From a virus: a stretch of DNA of 64,000 bases. A program made the position numbers and the translations under genes. The DNA is taken from positions 26,969-90,968 of the IMG/VR virus record IMGVR_UViG_3300045988_095676, one strand, 5' to 3'. Shown here piece by piece: positions 54,559 through 64,000 of this stretch. Under the pieces are notes generated by a model. The model was not told where the DNA came from and did not search any database. It saw only the letters and a program-made list of their open reading frames with translations. Numbering within the stretch: position 1 is the first letter of the stretch; each line of letters begins with the position of its first letter.

Positions 54559-55115
54559 CATATCGTAAAATTAAGTGTTTTTTCTAATATCAGATATTCA
54601 GTATGAACTTTACTTCCGCCATCATTTATCAAGTCCAAATTAATATAAGCTGTATATGATACATGATGATCACCAGGAGCAAGACGTTTCATATCTGATA
54701 AGAACATAGAATTTAAACCTTGGCCAGACCATGATTCTGGATATGGCAAAGGTTTAAAGTCGGCGTCTGTACATCTTACAACCCAAGTAAGATTAGGATC
54801 TGCCCTAACTATTCTATCATGAGGTCCATCAATTACAAGATCTGGCATCTCATATTGGTAACTATCATAATTAAGGACAATAGGATCACCAAAGTTTACA
54901 CCGTATATAGCAGCAGGTGGAGTAAAGCTTGTTATTAAAAAGGTTCTATTAATCCTATTGGTTGTTCTTAGCGTAAACTCATCAGGTGCTATCACACTTA
55001 CTCTAAATCCATAATAAGGAGAGGTTGTTAAAGCAATAGCAAGAACCACCGAATCCTGTTCAAGCAATTCCTCTGTCGTATCAACCTGACTATCGATCTC
55101 TTGCCTATCTTCCAT
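54558..55115 (-). CDS. hypothetical protein. Its 5' part is probably separated by a frameshift at the C8/G8 tract and extends to an ATG at 55293
   Basis: 185-aa ORF. Removing one G from the G8 run at 55223-55230 fuses MRRRFENNAKLYEYKIVSDCIGG... in frame to MEDRQEID... Confidence 0.4.
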   Translation of the reverse strand: MEDRQEIDSQVDTTEELLEQDSVVLAIALTTSPYYGFRVSVIAPDEFTLRTTNRINRTFLITSFTPPAAIYGVNFGDPIVLNYDSYQYEMPDLVIDGPHDRIVRADPNLTWVVRCTDADFKPLPYPESWSGQGLNSMFLSDMKRLAPGDHHVSYTAYINLDLINDGGSKVHTEYLILEKTLNFTI

Positions 55116-55297
55116 TGGAACACCGCCTTGGACACTTATGGAATCCAGCCGTTCTTTTTTAGACAGAAAGATAAATTGCCCGCCCTGTGGAATGGTGCCT
55201 ACTTTCTTTCCTTCTACGATTACCCCCCCCTATACAATCGCTAACTATCTTATACTCATATAGTTTAGCATTATTTTCAAATCTTCTTCTCATAATT

Positions 55298-55525
55298 TCA
55301 TAAAATTAATTCGGTAAAGGGGCGGACATAACGTGGATTACTCCTTGTACTTGTATCCAAATGATCTCCTTGGATGTTTATATCATAATACCACGAATAG
55401 GTAAATTGTGTAGATTGAGTGGATGTCCACATTTTATTACTCATTATCGTACCTCCTACCATTAAAAGGCATTCGTTTATTTCATTCGCATACAATGATA
55501 TCAAAAAAAAACTCTCCGGCGCCAC
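55298..55525 (-). CDS. hypothetical protein (75 aa). Its 5' end overlaps the upstream gene across a T9 tract
   Basis: ORF track; overlaps 55482-56003 by 44 nt in another frame. Confidence 0.35.
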   Translation of the reverse strand: MAPESFFLISLYANEINECLLMVGGTIMSNKMWTSTQSTQFTYSWYYDINIQGDHLDTSTRSNPRYVRPFTELIL

Positions 55526-56003
55526 CTACATATCCATTTTGACCATTTTTAAATAAATAGCTATTAGCTTTATTAAAAGCGTAATTTTCATTACTGGTAT
55601 CATATTCAAGATACGCATTCTGATTTTCACGCCCCCAATAATCCTTTTTAACGGTCTTCATATAAGAACTATTTTGTGCAAATACATTGTCTACTCTTCC
55701 ATCCTTACCCCAACTAAATGTGCCAATATATTCGGTGGCTATAACAAAACACACTTTATCTACAAGAGCTATTCCATTGCATAGATCATTGGAATATCCT
55801 TTATTAGACCAATTTTCTTTTGTATATAATCCTCCATCTACATGTTGGATGTATATGCCTTTATTGATTATAAGCGAGGGATTTACCCCCATCCCTATTT
55901 GAAATCTTCGTCTCATGATTTTTGTTTGCAAGATAGCAATAATTGACAACATAAAAGAAACCGGTTCTCTATCATCTCTGACTGAGAACCGGTAAGAAAA
56001 CAA
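55482..56003 (-). CDS. hypothetical N/G/Y-rich protein (173 aa), structural or fibre-like composition
   Basis: ORF track; first gene downstream of the giant minus-strand gene. Confidence 0.4.
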   Translation of the reverse strand: MFSYRFSVRDDREPVSFMLSIIAILQTKIMRRRFQIGMGVNPSLIINKGIYIQHVDGGLYTKENWSNKGYSNDLCNGIALVDKVCFVIATEYIGTFSWGKDGRVDNVFAQNSSYMKTVKKDYWGRENQNAYLEYDTSNENYAFNKANSYLFKNGQNGYVGGAGEFFFDIIVCE

Positions 56004-56130
56004 TTTCAGAAAAAATTAAACCTACATAATCTTTCAAGTAAGAACAAAAAAACGTACAATCTACTCTTTGACGATGCTAATATAACATATTGGAATCATA
56101 CAAAAACAATGCAAGTCCGATATTCTTCGT

Positions 56131-59100
56131 CTATTTGTAACTAACGTCATCGTCTCCTTCCGAATCAGGAGTAGCGCCGATGAAGAACATCATTGACTTG
56201 TTGTTCGTCTGCTGCCACCAATTATAGGCGCGCGCTACGTCTTCCGGCGTCTTGATATTATACCATTGTTTGATAAACGTCTGTTTGGCGAGTTGCCTAA
56301 ATAACTTAGACTCTCCCTTGTATGTACCGGATGTTACTTTATCAAGTGAATAATTCCTAAGATCGGTAAGATCCTTCAGTTTTCGCCCCATAACAAACGG
56401 ATCGTTAATGATATCTACCACGTTAAGCTCCATAATAAACGGCATCTGTGAAGCTATTTCGTTTATGGTTCTGAATCCGACATAGGATCCAAATTGAGTA
56501 AGCCAACTTTCTTCGTTTTCATCATCATCACGCCATCCGGCAAGAAGCATAGATACGGCCTGCATGATAAGGAACGTGCCGGCATAGACACTGAGGCGTT
56601 TGAGATTAGTTTTTTCTACCTCATTCATATTGTCTTTATTTTCGTTCCAGGCATCTATGATGTTTTTCATACCAGACTCGGAAGCCAGGCTAAATGTTTT
56701 GGCTATCATATTCTTTAACGTAATTGACAACCCTTCCTCTTCTTGCATTGTCTGGAAATTGAAGCCACGTCTTTTCCACAGACGTTGAGCTGCCAGCACC
56801 AGCCAGCCTCGGTGGGCGGTCATGAACCTGGCTATCCAGTTGCGCGATGCGGCAGTTCGGTTTTCTTCATTCAAAGATCCGTTACATATCTGCGACAAGC
56901 TACGGACTTGATTCCTGGTTATAGCCATCTGGGTTTCAACTTCCTCAACAGTAACACCCGATCCCGGCTTTACAACCACCTTTCCATCCACGACGTCTAC
57001 CATACTCCATAAAGTACGATCTTTTAATGCGTTCCATTCTCTTTTTATGGTACTCTGTTCTTTATTGCGTTCTTTTTCCATCTTGAAATCTTGGAACGTG
57101 TAGAACCGGCCTTTGTAATAACGAACATTGTCCATAGTAGCAATCATAACCTGCGGATCAAGAGGGTAGTTCAGGATTTCCATAAAAGCATACATAGGCG
57201 AACGCATTAAGGTCCTGGCCGCTCTATTGTATCCGGCACCATACATACGATTTCGGATATTGAATATCCCCATTCTCTCACCTATGACATATAATTTGCT
57301 TTTCCTATCTATGTCTCCGGTTTCTGCTATACAAGATGGCGCAAGACGGGAAAACTCAGCCGATGCGTATTTAAGGGAATCTTTGCTTATATACTGTCCT
57401 ACGGCTGATTCCATGATGAGGTTGATATGGCCTGTCAGGGCGCCGGTAGCTGCCACAAACGGAGACAGTGCCAAGTTCATAACCGACATAAATCTTTCAA
57501 CAGCCATCATAATTCTTGTAAGGTCTACCGTATATCCTCCGATGTTCACCGTAAGTTTTTTGGTGTTCATCCTAATGCCATAATAATGATCGTTGAAGAA
57601 GTCCCTGAACATCTGATATGCTTGGGTTGCTTCAGCCTTTTTACCACCTTCAAATTGTTTATTTAGTAACATCTGCTCCAGTCCTTGGGCAAGCTCTATA
57701 GACTTCTGCTTTTCGTTGTATAACGATGATTGCATCATAAGCATCGAATAAGAGTAGCCAAAATCGTGAGATACATCATCTTGGTTCTCCAATTCATATA
57801 TGTAGTATTTAGGTATAGACCTAAGCCTGTCTTCTGGATCATACACTTCTCCTTGCCTGGTCTTACCATATAGAGAATCGTCTACTCTGTCCAGGCACAG
57901 ATCTGATACAAAATTACGAACCGTATTTTTGAAGTTAATACCCAATCCTTCTACACGTTCTATATCTTGTTTGGATATCTGTGGAATAGCATACAGGTTC
58001 GGGCTCTGCTCTTTGTATAGATCAAGGGATTGTCTTTTTATTTCCTTGAGTTTTTGAATCATATTCCACTGCTCTACGTTTTTAGTAGCAACCTCATTAC
58101 CGTCAGCATCATACTTGATACCAAAGTCATTGAAATACGATTCGTCACGATACAGGCTTTTCTTAGGCATTCGATGACCATACCCATGATCTTTTACATA
58201 ATCAGGATTACGACCGCTATTTTCGGCTTCAGATTCAGCCACCCATGCCCTTGCAGGGTCGAAAGACAAGTACGATATGTCCATGCCATAATCTTGGGTG
58301 GATGTACCGTTTTGTACGTCCTTAACCATTTGCGCCACATCTATCTCACCTCGACCGATTTTGTCGATCATAGCTGCATATCCGGTAGGCGCCATGCGTT
58401 TATAGTACGAAAAAACCTGGCTTCTGGCAAATTCATTAACAATAGCATTAGCTTCTTCTACGCCCTCTTCTCTTGTATTATTTAAAAATAAGCTGGCCAT
58501 CTTAGCATTAACAGCATTCCTGAAATCTCTACCGTCTAATTCTTTGCTTATACCAAGCTTTTCTGACAGGTAGTTGGTTTCAGATACGGTAAACAGATAT
58601 CGGTTATCAGCAGCCTTAAACAGCTTATCCCTTAAAGCCTGAATCCTTTTTGCTTTCTTCGCCGTAGTATGACGTTGTACGAACTTCCATTCCACTTCCT
58701 TGGAGTCAGCAAGAGCATTTAAATAAGACTGATTTACTTCGTTTTCAGCCTTACTGCTTTTAGTAAGGTACTTATCAATATCTTCAAGACCCACCATCTT
58801 AGCATAATCTATCAAAATAGCGTAATCGGCTTCAATAGCTTCAGATGCGGCCCTAAAAGCATCTCTTTCGGATGAGGTAAATGTCGCTTCGTTAATTTCT
58901 CCGATATCAGCCACATCGCGATTGTTTCCGATTATTTCCTTGATAATAGCCTTATTTTTTTCTATATCTTTCACAATAGAATCCACGTCAGTCGCATCTC
59001 TATCACTTGTCGTAGAACTAATGATATCATGCGCCATTTTAAGATACGAAGCCTTGTTATTTGATTCGGTACGTGCCGACTGTTCTGATTCTACATCATT

Positions 59101-62100
59101 CCAAAACCGATCGTTGAATGACAGGTGACCTCCCAACATAAGTGTCTTCAGCGCAGCTTCTCCTCCAGACTCGCTCTGAATCGTTCTTAATTTTTGCAAA
59201 AACGATTCTGATACGGCATTAGTGGCATTATTTGATTCCTTTCTCCAAACTTCATTTATAGCTTGTATTTCTTTGGCCATCTTAAGTTGGTCGCCGGTTT
59301 TTTCCACTCTCCTGGTTCCTACATATATGTATTCTGAAGCTGCTTCCTTACGTTGTTTACGAAGCAGTCCTTCTTCTTCGTAATTGCTGCTTTTAAAATA
59401 GGCAACCTCATCAAAATTACCACCGCTATCAATAAAAGGCTGCCTCAATATCCGTTTTTGCCGGGATAGGGCATTAAGATATTCTTTGGTTGTTTGAGAA
59501 ACCGGATACCCTAATTCTTCTTCAGCCTTTTTGTATATGGATTCCATTCTTGTGGCATAACTTTCGCTAAATTCCAATTCCGAATTTTCAGCATCCCACT
59601 TTTCCATCTGCTCTGTATAGATCTTTTCCTGCTCGATGGTAAAAATATCGGTATTAACCCTATCAGACGATGGTTTGAATTTAGCGTTTTCAGTAACCGT
59701 ATTTCCATCCTTGTCAACTACTTCTCTTTTAAATACGTAATTACGGTTATTGTCAACCACATCACCAATTTCTTCTTCTGATATCTCTATGTTCATGGCA
59801 GTCGCAAACGCTCGCATCTGCGCCAGCTTCTTATTACGATCGTATTTAGCCATATCAAGAGCACTACGAAGGTAATTAGAAGTTTTGCCGTCTACTTTCT
59901 GAAGCAGTTTTTCAAATTCAGATTTGTTAAAACCATGCTTTTTCGCATATGCCAGGAAATCGGATATGGCGGGCTGGGCATTCACCATCGCATTGTAATT
60001 GTCTTTGGCAATCATAGCTCCAAGAGCGTTATTGAACGGACTGGAAGAATGCTCTAATATACCGAACCACCTACTTATCCAAGAAACATCGTGTTGAACC
60101 TTGTCGAAAAATTCTTTTACTCTCTTTACCTTATCTGCCGGCACATGAAGTTCGTTCATTAACTTATCAAGCAACGTACTTTCATCAAGGTCTTGTACTG
60201 ATTTAATATCAGACTGAATACCATTGATGTCGGCAATGACGGTATTGATCCTATTTGTATAATCCTGCTTTTCACGTTCATCAAATTCGGTACTTCTGTT
60301 ACGGATATATCCTCGAAGATCGTTCATGATCGGAAGAACCTGATTGTTGATAATATCTACGTTCTTTCGATCATTGGTATTGAAGTGAAGCTTACCGTCT
60401 TTGGTATCACCATGAAGGATGGTGTTCACCACATTGCTTAAGTATCTGACCTGAGCTTCGGCTGTAGAGATCATGCTGTTCATGGCAGCCGCCATCTCAT
60501 TCTTGTCTATTTCGGTCTCTACCTTATTTATCTTATCTTCTATGGTCTTAAGCTGAGCAAGGGTCATAGACGTAGTTACAGCCCTATCAGAGCTTATCTG
60601 ACGTAAGTCTCTTAATGTTTTCCTTAATGCCAGGATCTTAGACTCAAGAAACTTGTTCTTGTTCATAGAAGAAAGGGAGTATAATGTAAAGTCATTATCC
60701 TTTAACAGAGAGGTGTCAAATCCTTTATCTATGTCAGTAATGGCAAGATCACGAATGTTTTTAATAACGTTATTCAAATCTTGTCTTTGGGTTGATAAAG
60801 CTGATTTAAGCCAGCTTACGATTCCAGAGAAAAGCTGCCGGACGCGCCCCAGGAAGGAGGTGGGCTCTACCGGCGCCTGTGCTGTGCCGGTCTGCATCTC
60901 CCTGGCGAGGATCTTTCCAAGAATTTCTCTCCTAACAGCATTATCAAGCTCAGCTCCTTCATATACTTTACCGTATGTATTATAATACTGACCTGCATAT
61001 TGGTTCCACTCTTCCGTACCTTCCACATCTTGCAGAACAGCCTCAACAGCATTCTGATCTCTGTATGCCTCTACAAGGAAGTGGGCTGTTTCTTCTACTA
61101 AATCAGATAAAGTAGCATCTTCACCAACTGCTATTACGTTATTGGCAATATCCGCCAATGCCTTAGCAGAAGGTTCGTGCCCGTATTTGGTTTGGTACTT
61201 CTCTATATAATCGGTCATACCTATGACACTAACGCCAAGAGTTTTCAGTATCTCGACAATAGAATTTCGTTGGTCACGTTCCTGCCTGCTATAATCTGAT
61301 ACGATCTTAGCTTTAGTATCAGCATAAAGATCGTTGTCTTCTAATATGAATGAAACTACAAGCGCATCAAAATGATCGTACTTGGCGTCCAATTCATTGT
61401 ATCTTCCTGACTTGAGATCGTTCTTTATCTGTTCCCTACTAATCCTTTCCGTTCCTCCGGTGGCGAGTCTCATAGTTACCTTACTGTTATCCAACGAGCT
61501 TATGGTTATCATACCTTGGTCGTTCATGGAAACATCGGAACCAAAATGATTACGGAGCTCGGTGTAGGATAAGGCTGAATTGAAAAGTCTAATTTGTCCT
61601 GTATGACCTTCTCCTGTAAGATAATAGCTTCTTGTTTCAGGATCGAATATCTTAGATCCGGACAAAAGACCTTTCTTTATAAGGTAGTTAATTATACCAC
61701 CTTTTGTTGATAAAGAAGTAGAAGCAGAAGCGGTCATGACCGGTATAAAAGATTTGGGATTATTAAGAACATACTTTCCAGCCTTGTAAGTAATGTCTGC
61801 CACGCCATCCACGGCAGATTCTTGAACGGTGCCGGATAAGAATCCTATTCTAATATCATTCCCGCCAGAGCGAAGAGCTTCTCCGTAATCTTCAAATAAT
61901 TGATTACGATCATTCATGAAAAACAAACGAGGCTCTCCGGTCTGATACGTTACACCCACAGGATTAGAATCTGTCTGTGGTAACTCCTCTGGGCTAAATA
62001 TCTTAAGACCGTCTTTTATAACCATATAATTAACACCCTTATCCTGTACCATAGATACGGGAGTAAAGTCCGAAGATATAGCATCTTGTAGATACTGCCC

Positions 62101-62553
62101 GGCGTCTATTCCCGGTCCTTCCGGTACGGAAATACTTGACGGGACCATAGCATCTACCAACATAATATTATCACCCAGATCTTGGCTGTAGAATCCAAAG
62201 CCTGATTCTTGGATTTCATAAGGTGCATCTGATTTTGACACAAGAACAGGGTTACTCATCTTAGAAGCCTTATCCAGCACCCTTTCTCTATAGGCTTCCG
62301 GAATAAGATCGATGTTGGATTTCACCTTATTGTAGGCCGGTTTATTAACAGGTACATTCCTTCTCCAGTCGCCAAAAGCCTTCAAGAACTTATTAGAAAA
62401 TACGGTTTTAAAAACAGTAGTAGCCCGTTCCCTGTTCTCCATAAGAGGAATAGATGCTATCTTATCAAACAACATAGACCTGTCCCCTGATCTGGTAGAG
62501 ACAGAAACAACTTTCTTTTTATTATCTCTTTTAATAATACACGTTGATGTCAT
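56131..62553 (-). CDS. giant 2140-aa virion-associated protein (tape-measure-like or ejected/polyvalent protein; function unknown)
   Basis: Uninterrupted 6.4-kb ORF. Largely alpha-helical, charge-rich composition with hydrophobic segments near the C-terminus (AVSMLLAGW, LALSPFVAATGAL). Flanked upstream by small minus-strand genes and downstream by small N/G-rich genes. Confidence 0.4.
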   Translation of the reverse strand: MTSTCIIKRDNKKKVVSVSTRSGDRSMLFDKIASIPLMENRERATTVFKTVFSNKFLKAFGDWRRNVPVNKPAYNKVKSNIDLIPEAYRERVLDKASKMSNPVLVSKSDAPYEIQESGFGFYSQDLGDNIMLVDAMVPSSISVPEGPGIDAGQYLQDAISSDFTPVSMVQDKGVNYMVIKDGLKIFSPEELPQTDSNPVGVTYQTGEPRLFFMNDRNQLFEDYGEALRSGGNDIRIGFLSGTVQESAVDGVADITYKAGKYVLNNPKSFIPVMTASASTSLSTKGGIINYLIKKGLLSGSKIFDPETRSYYLTGEGHTGQIRLFNSALSYTELRNHFGSDVSMNDQGMITISSLDNSKVTMRLATGGTERISREQIKNDLKSGRYNELDAKYDHFDALVVSFILEDNDLYADTKAKIVSDYSRQERDQRNSIVEILKTLGVSVIGMTDYIEKYQTKYGHEPSAKALADIANNVIAVGEDATLSDLVEETAHFLVEAYRDQNAVEAVLQDVEGTEEWNQYAGQYYNTYGKVYEGAELDNAVRREILGKILAREMQTGTAQAPVEPTSFLGRVRQLFSGIVSWLKSALSTQRQDLNNVIKNIRDLAITDIDKGFDTSLLKDNDFTLYSLSSMNKNKFLESKILALRKTLRDLRQISSDRAVTTSMTLAQLKTIEDKINKVETEIDKNEMAAAMNSMISTAEAQVRYLSNVVNTILHGDTKDGKLHFNTNDRKNVDIINNQVLPIMNDLRGYIRNRSTEFDEREKQDYTNRINTVIADINGIQSDIKSVQDLDESTLLDKLMNELHVPADKVKRVKEFFDKVQHDVSWISRWFGILEHSSSPFNNALGAMIAKDNYNAMVNAQPAISDFLAYAKKHGFNKSEFEKLLQKVDGKTSNYLRSALDMAKYDRNKKLAQMRAFATAMNIEISEEEIGDVVDNNRNYVFKREVVDKDGNTVTENAKFKPSSDRVNTDIFTIEQEKIYTEQMEKWDAENSELEFSESYATRMESIYKKAEEELGYPVSQTTKEYLNALSRQKRILRQPFIDSGGNFDEVAYFKSSNYEEEGLLRKQRKEAASEYIYVGTRRVEKTGDQLKMAKEIQAINEVWRKESNNATNAVSESFLQKLRTIQSESGGEAALKTLMLGGHLSFNDRFWNDVESEQSARTESNNKASYLKMAHDIISSTTSDRDATDVDSIVKDIEKNKAIIKEIIGNNRDVADIGEINEATFTSSERDAFRAASEAIEADYAILIDYAKMVGLEDIDKYLTKSSKAENEVNQSYLNALADSKEVEWKFVQRHTTAKKAKRIQALRDKLFKAADNRYLFTVSETNYLSEKLGISKELDGRDFRNAVNAKMASLFLNNTREEGVEEANAIVNEFARSQVFSYYKRMAPTGYAAMIDKIGRGEIDVAQMVKDVQNGTSTQDYGMDISYLSFDPARAWVAESEAENSGRNPDYVKDHGYGHRMPKKSLYRDESYFNDFGIKYDADGNEVATKNVEQWNMIQKLKEIKRQSLDLYKEQSPNLYAIPQISKQDIERVEGLGINFKNTVRNFVSDLCLDRVDDSLYGKTRQGEVYDPEDRLRSIPKYYIYELENQDDVSHDFGYSYSMLMMQSSLYNEKQKSIELAQGLEQMLLNKQFEGGKKAEATQAYQMFRDFFNDHYYGIRMNTKKLTVNIGGYTVDLTRIMMAVERFMSVMNLALSPFVAATGALTGHINLIMESAVGQYISKDSLKYASAEFSRLAPSCIAETGDIDRKSKLYVIGERMGIFNIRNRMYGAGYNRAARTLMRSPMYAFMEILNYPLDPQVMIATMDNVRYYKGRFYTFQDFKMEKERNKEQSTIKREWNALKDRTLWSMVDVVDGKVVVKPGSGVTVEEVETQMAITRNQVRSLSQICNGSLNEENRTAASRNWIARFMTAHRGWLVLAAQRLWKRRGFNFQTMQEEEGLSITLKNMIAKTFSLASESGMKNIIDAWNENKDNMNEVEKTNLKRLSVYAGTFLIMQAVSMLLAGWRDDDENEESWLTQFGSYVGFRTINEIASQMPFIMELNVVDIINDPFVMGRKLKDLTDLRNYSLDKVTSGTYKGESKLFRQLAKQTFIKQWYNIKTPEDVARAYNWWQQTNNKSMMFFIGATPDSEGDDDVSYK

Positions 62554-62613
62554 AGTAAAACATTTTTGTTATGAGACAAAGGTAGTTAAAAATCAAGCAT
62601 ATCATAGAAAATA

Positions 62614-62643
62614 AAGCCATCTAACTTCTCAGTCTGATGGCTT
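62614..62643 (-). terminator. hairpin terminator for the upstream minus-strand gene
   Basis: AAGCCATC..GATGGCTT stem, followed on the minus strand by TATTTTC. Confidence 0.4.
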
Positions 62644-62695
62644 AAAAATAATATGAAAAAAAATTATAATCTGACGAAAAATCGTCAAGTTCAGC

Positions 62696-63023
62696 TTATA
62701 TGTAATGCATGTACCCATCTCGGTGTATAAACCTTCCCGATTCAAAGCGCTCAATATCTTCAGGGCAAATAGAGCCTGAATCTTCTCTCCTGGCTTCAAA
62801 CCAAAGCCCTGGCTTGCGAAGTCGGCAAGTTATGATATAATTGAAGCAATTGTGCGTAAAATGGAAAACAGATCCTACAGGGAAATACCTATCAGCTTGA
62901 AATACGATTCTTTTTCGTTTAGTATCAAACGTGATATCCCCTACTATCTTAGCCACGTAATAGCTTCTGCCATTTAACGTTTCATCTGTTTGTGGTATCC
63001 AATAATAACCTCTTGCCATGCCA
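62696..63023 (-). CDS. hypothetical protein (about 109 aa)
   Basis: Start moved to the internal Met (MARGYYWIP...). The track's N-terminal extension would cover a terminator hairpin. Confidence 0.4.
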
Positions 63024-63032
63024 CAAATATAT

Positions 63033-63070
63033 AAAAAAAAGTCGGACAAGATACATGTCCGACTTTTTTT
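63033..63070 (-). terminator. rho-independent terminator, bidirectional (A-run / hairpin / T-run)
   Basis: AAAAAAAA-GTCGGACA-agatacatg-TGTCCGAC-TTTTTTT. Confidence 0.65.
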
Positions 63071-63239
63071 ACTTTGATTCGTTTTCAAACCGCTTTATAA
63101 GAGAAGCAATATCATCACCACAAACAAACATCATTCGACGTTCTTCTTTTGGTTTATGAGACACTGGGATGGTTTTGTTTATCTTAATCTGATTCGCCAG
63201 ACCTCTGCCTAAACGAATATCAACTTTTTTACCTTTCAT
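63069..63239 (-). CDS. hypothetical small basic protein (56 aa)
   Basis: Hand-translated MKGKKVDIRLGRGLANQIK...; start overlaps the upstream stop; below the track cutoff. Confidence 0.3.
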   Translation of the reverse strand: MKGKKVDIRLGRGLANQIKINKTIPVSHKPKEERRMMFVCGDDIASLIKRFENESK

Positions 63240-63546
63240 GAATTATTTGTTTAAAAAGACCAATTCCATCTATTATAATATGACCGCTTTGCATACGACC
63301 ATTATTAGGATTGTGTAGAAAATTGAAACCACTTTCTTTTTCCTGTCTTTCAAAAGAACTGATATCCTTTCCTCTACGGGCTCTTTCAAAAGCTTTCTTG
63401 AACAACTTGCCTCTAAAGGTCTTGACGAGGATCTTGGTAGCGTTATTGCCGACTCTTACTATTGCTTTCCTTGCCTGGTCCTCCGAGACAAAACTGCTTC
63501 GGAAAATATACGATGCTGCTGCTTGTATATCTTGTTTAGTAATCAT
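63229..63546 (-). CDS. hypothetical protein (105 aa)
   Basis: ORF track. Confidence 0.4.
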   Translation of the reverse strand: MITKQDIQAAASYIFRSSFVSEDQARKAIVRVGNNATKILVKTFRGKLFKKAFERARRGKDISSFERQEKESGFNFLHNPNNGRMQSGHIIIDGIGLFKQIIHER

Positions 63547-63893
63547 ATGACAAACATTTCTTTCAAGATACTATTTTGTATGCTATATATCAATTTCATC
63601 CCATCTCTATCATATACGTCAAAAAAGGATTCACTTAAGTTCTTTGGATTTACATTCAGTTGAATTATGCAATTACCGGTATAAACCTTAATTCCGTAAT
63701 TATCAGAGTATATATCTTGCATAGTCTCAAATGTCTCAATTAAATTTTCAACAAGGACTCTGTTAAATGAAAAAGGTTCTTTACCATTACCTTTAAATGT
63801 GATATGATCTAAATTTATGTTGTCAAATTCATACTCTAACTGATTGCCGTCCATCATATTATAAATGATTGACTTTCTGATTATAAATCCCAT
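63543..63893 (-). CDS. hypothetical protein (116 aa)
   Basis: ORF track; ATGA-type overlap with the next gene. Confidence 0.4.
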   Translation of the reverse strand: MGFIIRKSIIYNMMDGNQLEYEFDNINLDHITFKGNGKEPFSFNRVLVENLIETFETMQDIYSDNYGIKVYTGNCIIQLNVNPKNLSESFFDVYDRDGMKLIYSIQNSILKEMFVI

Positions 63894-64000
63894 ATTGTTT
63901 TATTTTTTAGTTAATACAAATCTTCTGAATACAACTGTTCTCTAATGGCATTCCTATCTACCACCATCTCCTGATTATTGTTTCTAACAAGTTCAGACGC

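Noticed and set aside
56494-61052. Plus-strand ORFs nested in the giant minus-strand gene (e.g. 56494-56718, 57227-57583, 58030-58485, 60653-60985)
   Set aside because: They are hydrophobic or low-complexity shadows of a 6.4-kb uninterrupted ORF with no independent signals.
62696-63088. Full 130-aa ORF from the track
   Set aside because: The N-terminal 21 codons would span an A-run/hairpin/T-run terminator (63033-63070). The internal Met (MARGYYW...) is the likelier start.

Overview
This window reads as a low-GC (roughly 35%, by eye) double-stranded DNA phage or prophage segment. Positions 1 to 54.5 kb are almost entirely plus-strand small genes: early, replication and nucleotide-metabolism functions. 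From 54.5 kb to the end the genes run on the minus strand and look structural, including one 2140-aa protein. Many genes have strong Shine-Dalgarno sites (AAGGAGG), and starts and stops often overlap. Features I can support from the sequence: the SSB C-terminus, dUTPase, four tRNAs (Met, Gln, Arg, Cys) with no encoded CCA, a HAD-type polynucleotide 3'-phosphatase, a DHH/DHHA1 phosphoesterase, a CCA-adding-enzyme-like nucleotidyltransferase, an ABC-type ATPase, an HNH endonuclease, a PD-(D/E)xK exonuclease, a Zn-ribbon/TOPRIM primase, a DnaB-like helicase, an acyl-carrier-protein-like gene, an NfeD plus flotillin (SPFH) gene pair, a Cas4-like nuclease, an SF2 helicase, a KilA-N protein, a C5 cytosine methyltransferase, a lipoprotein, and several rho-independent terminators. 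The most unusual items: (1) a TnpB-like (IS605 OrfB/Cas12-ancestor) protein that has lost all four zinc-finger cysteines and the RuvC-II glutamate, sits in the replication module with no TnpA, and is therefore a nuclease-dead, TldR-like RNA-guided-regulator candidate. (2) A 5-kb stretch (8.2-13.2 kb) that is about half non-coding, with iteron-like repeats, GC-rich islands, palindromes and three tRNA-like T-arm/acceptor elements, two of which are clear paralogues with a conserved 3' tail placed just upstream of start codons. (3) A phage-borne NfeD-flotillin membrane-microdomain pair next to an ACP. (4) Two adjacent homopolymer-tract frameshift sites (A9/T9 and C8/G8) that split minus-strand genes downstream of the giant gene. 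Functional calls come from motif recognition by eye, not from database searches.
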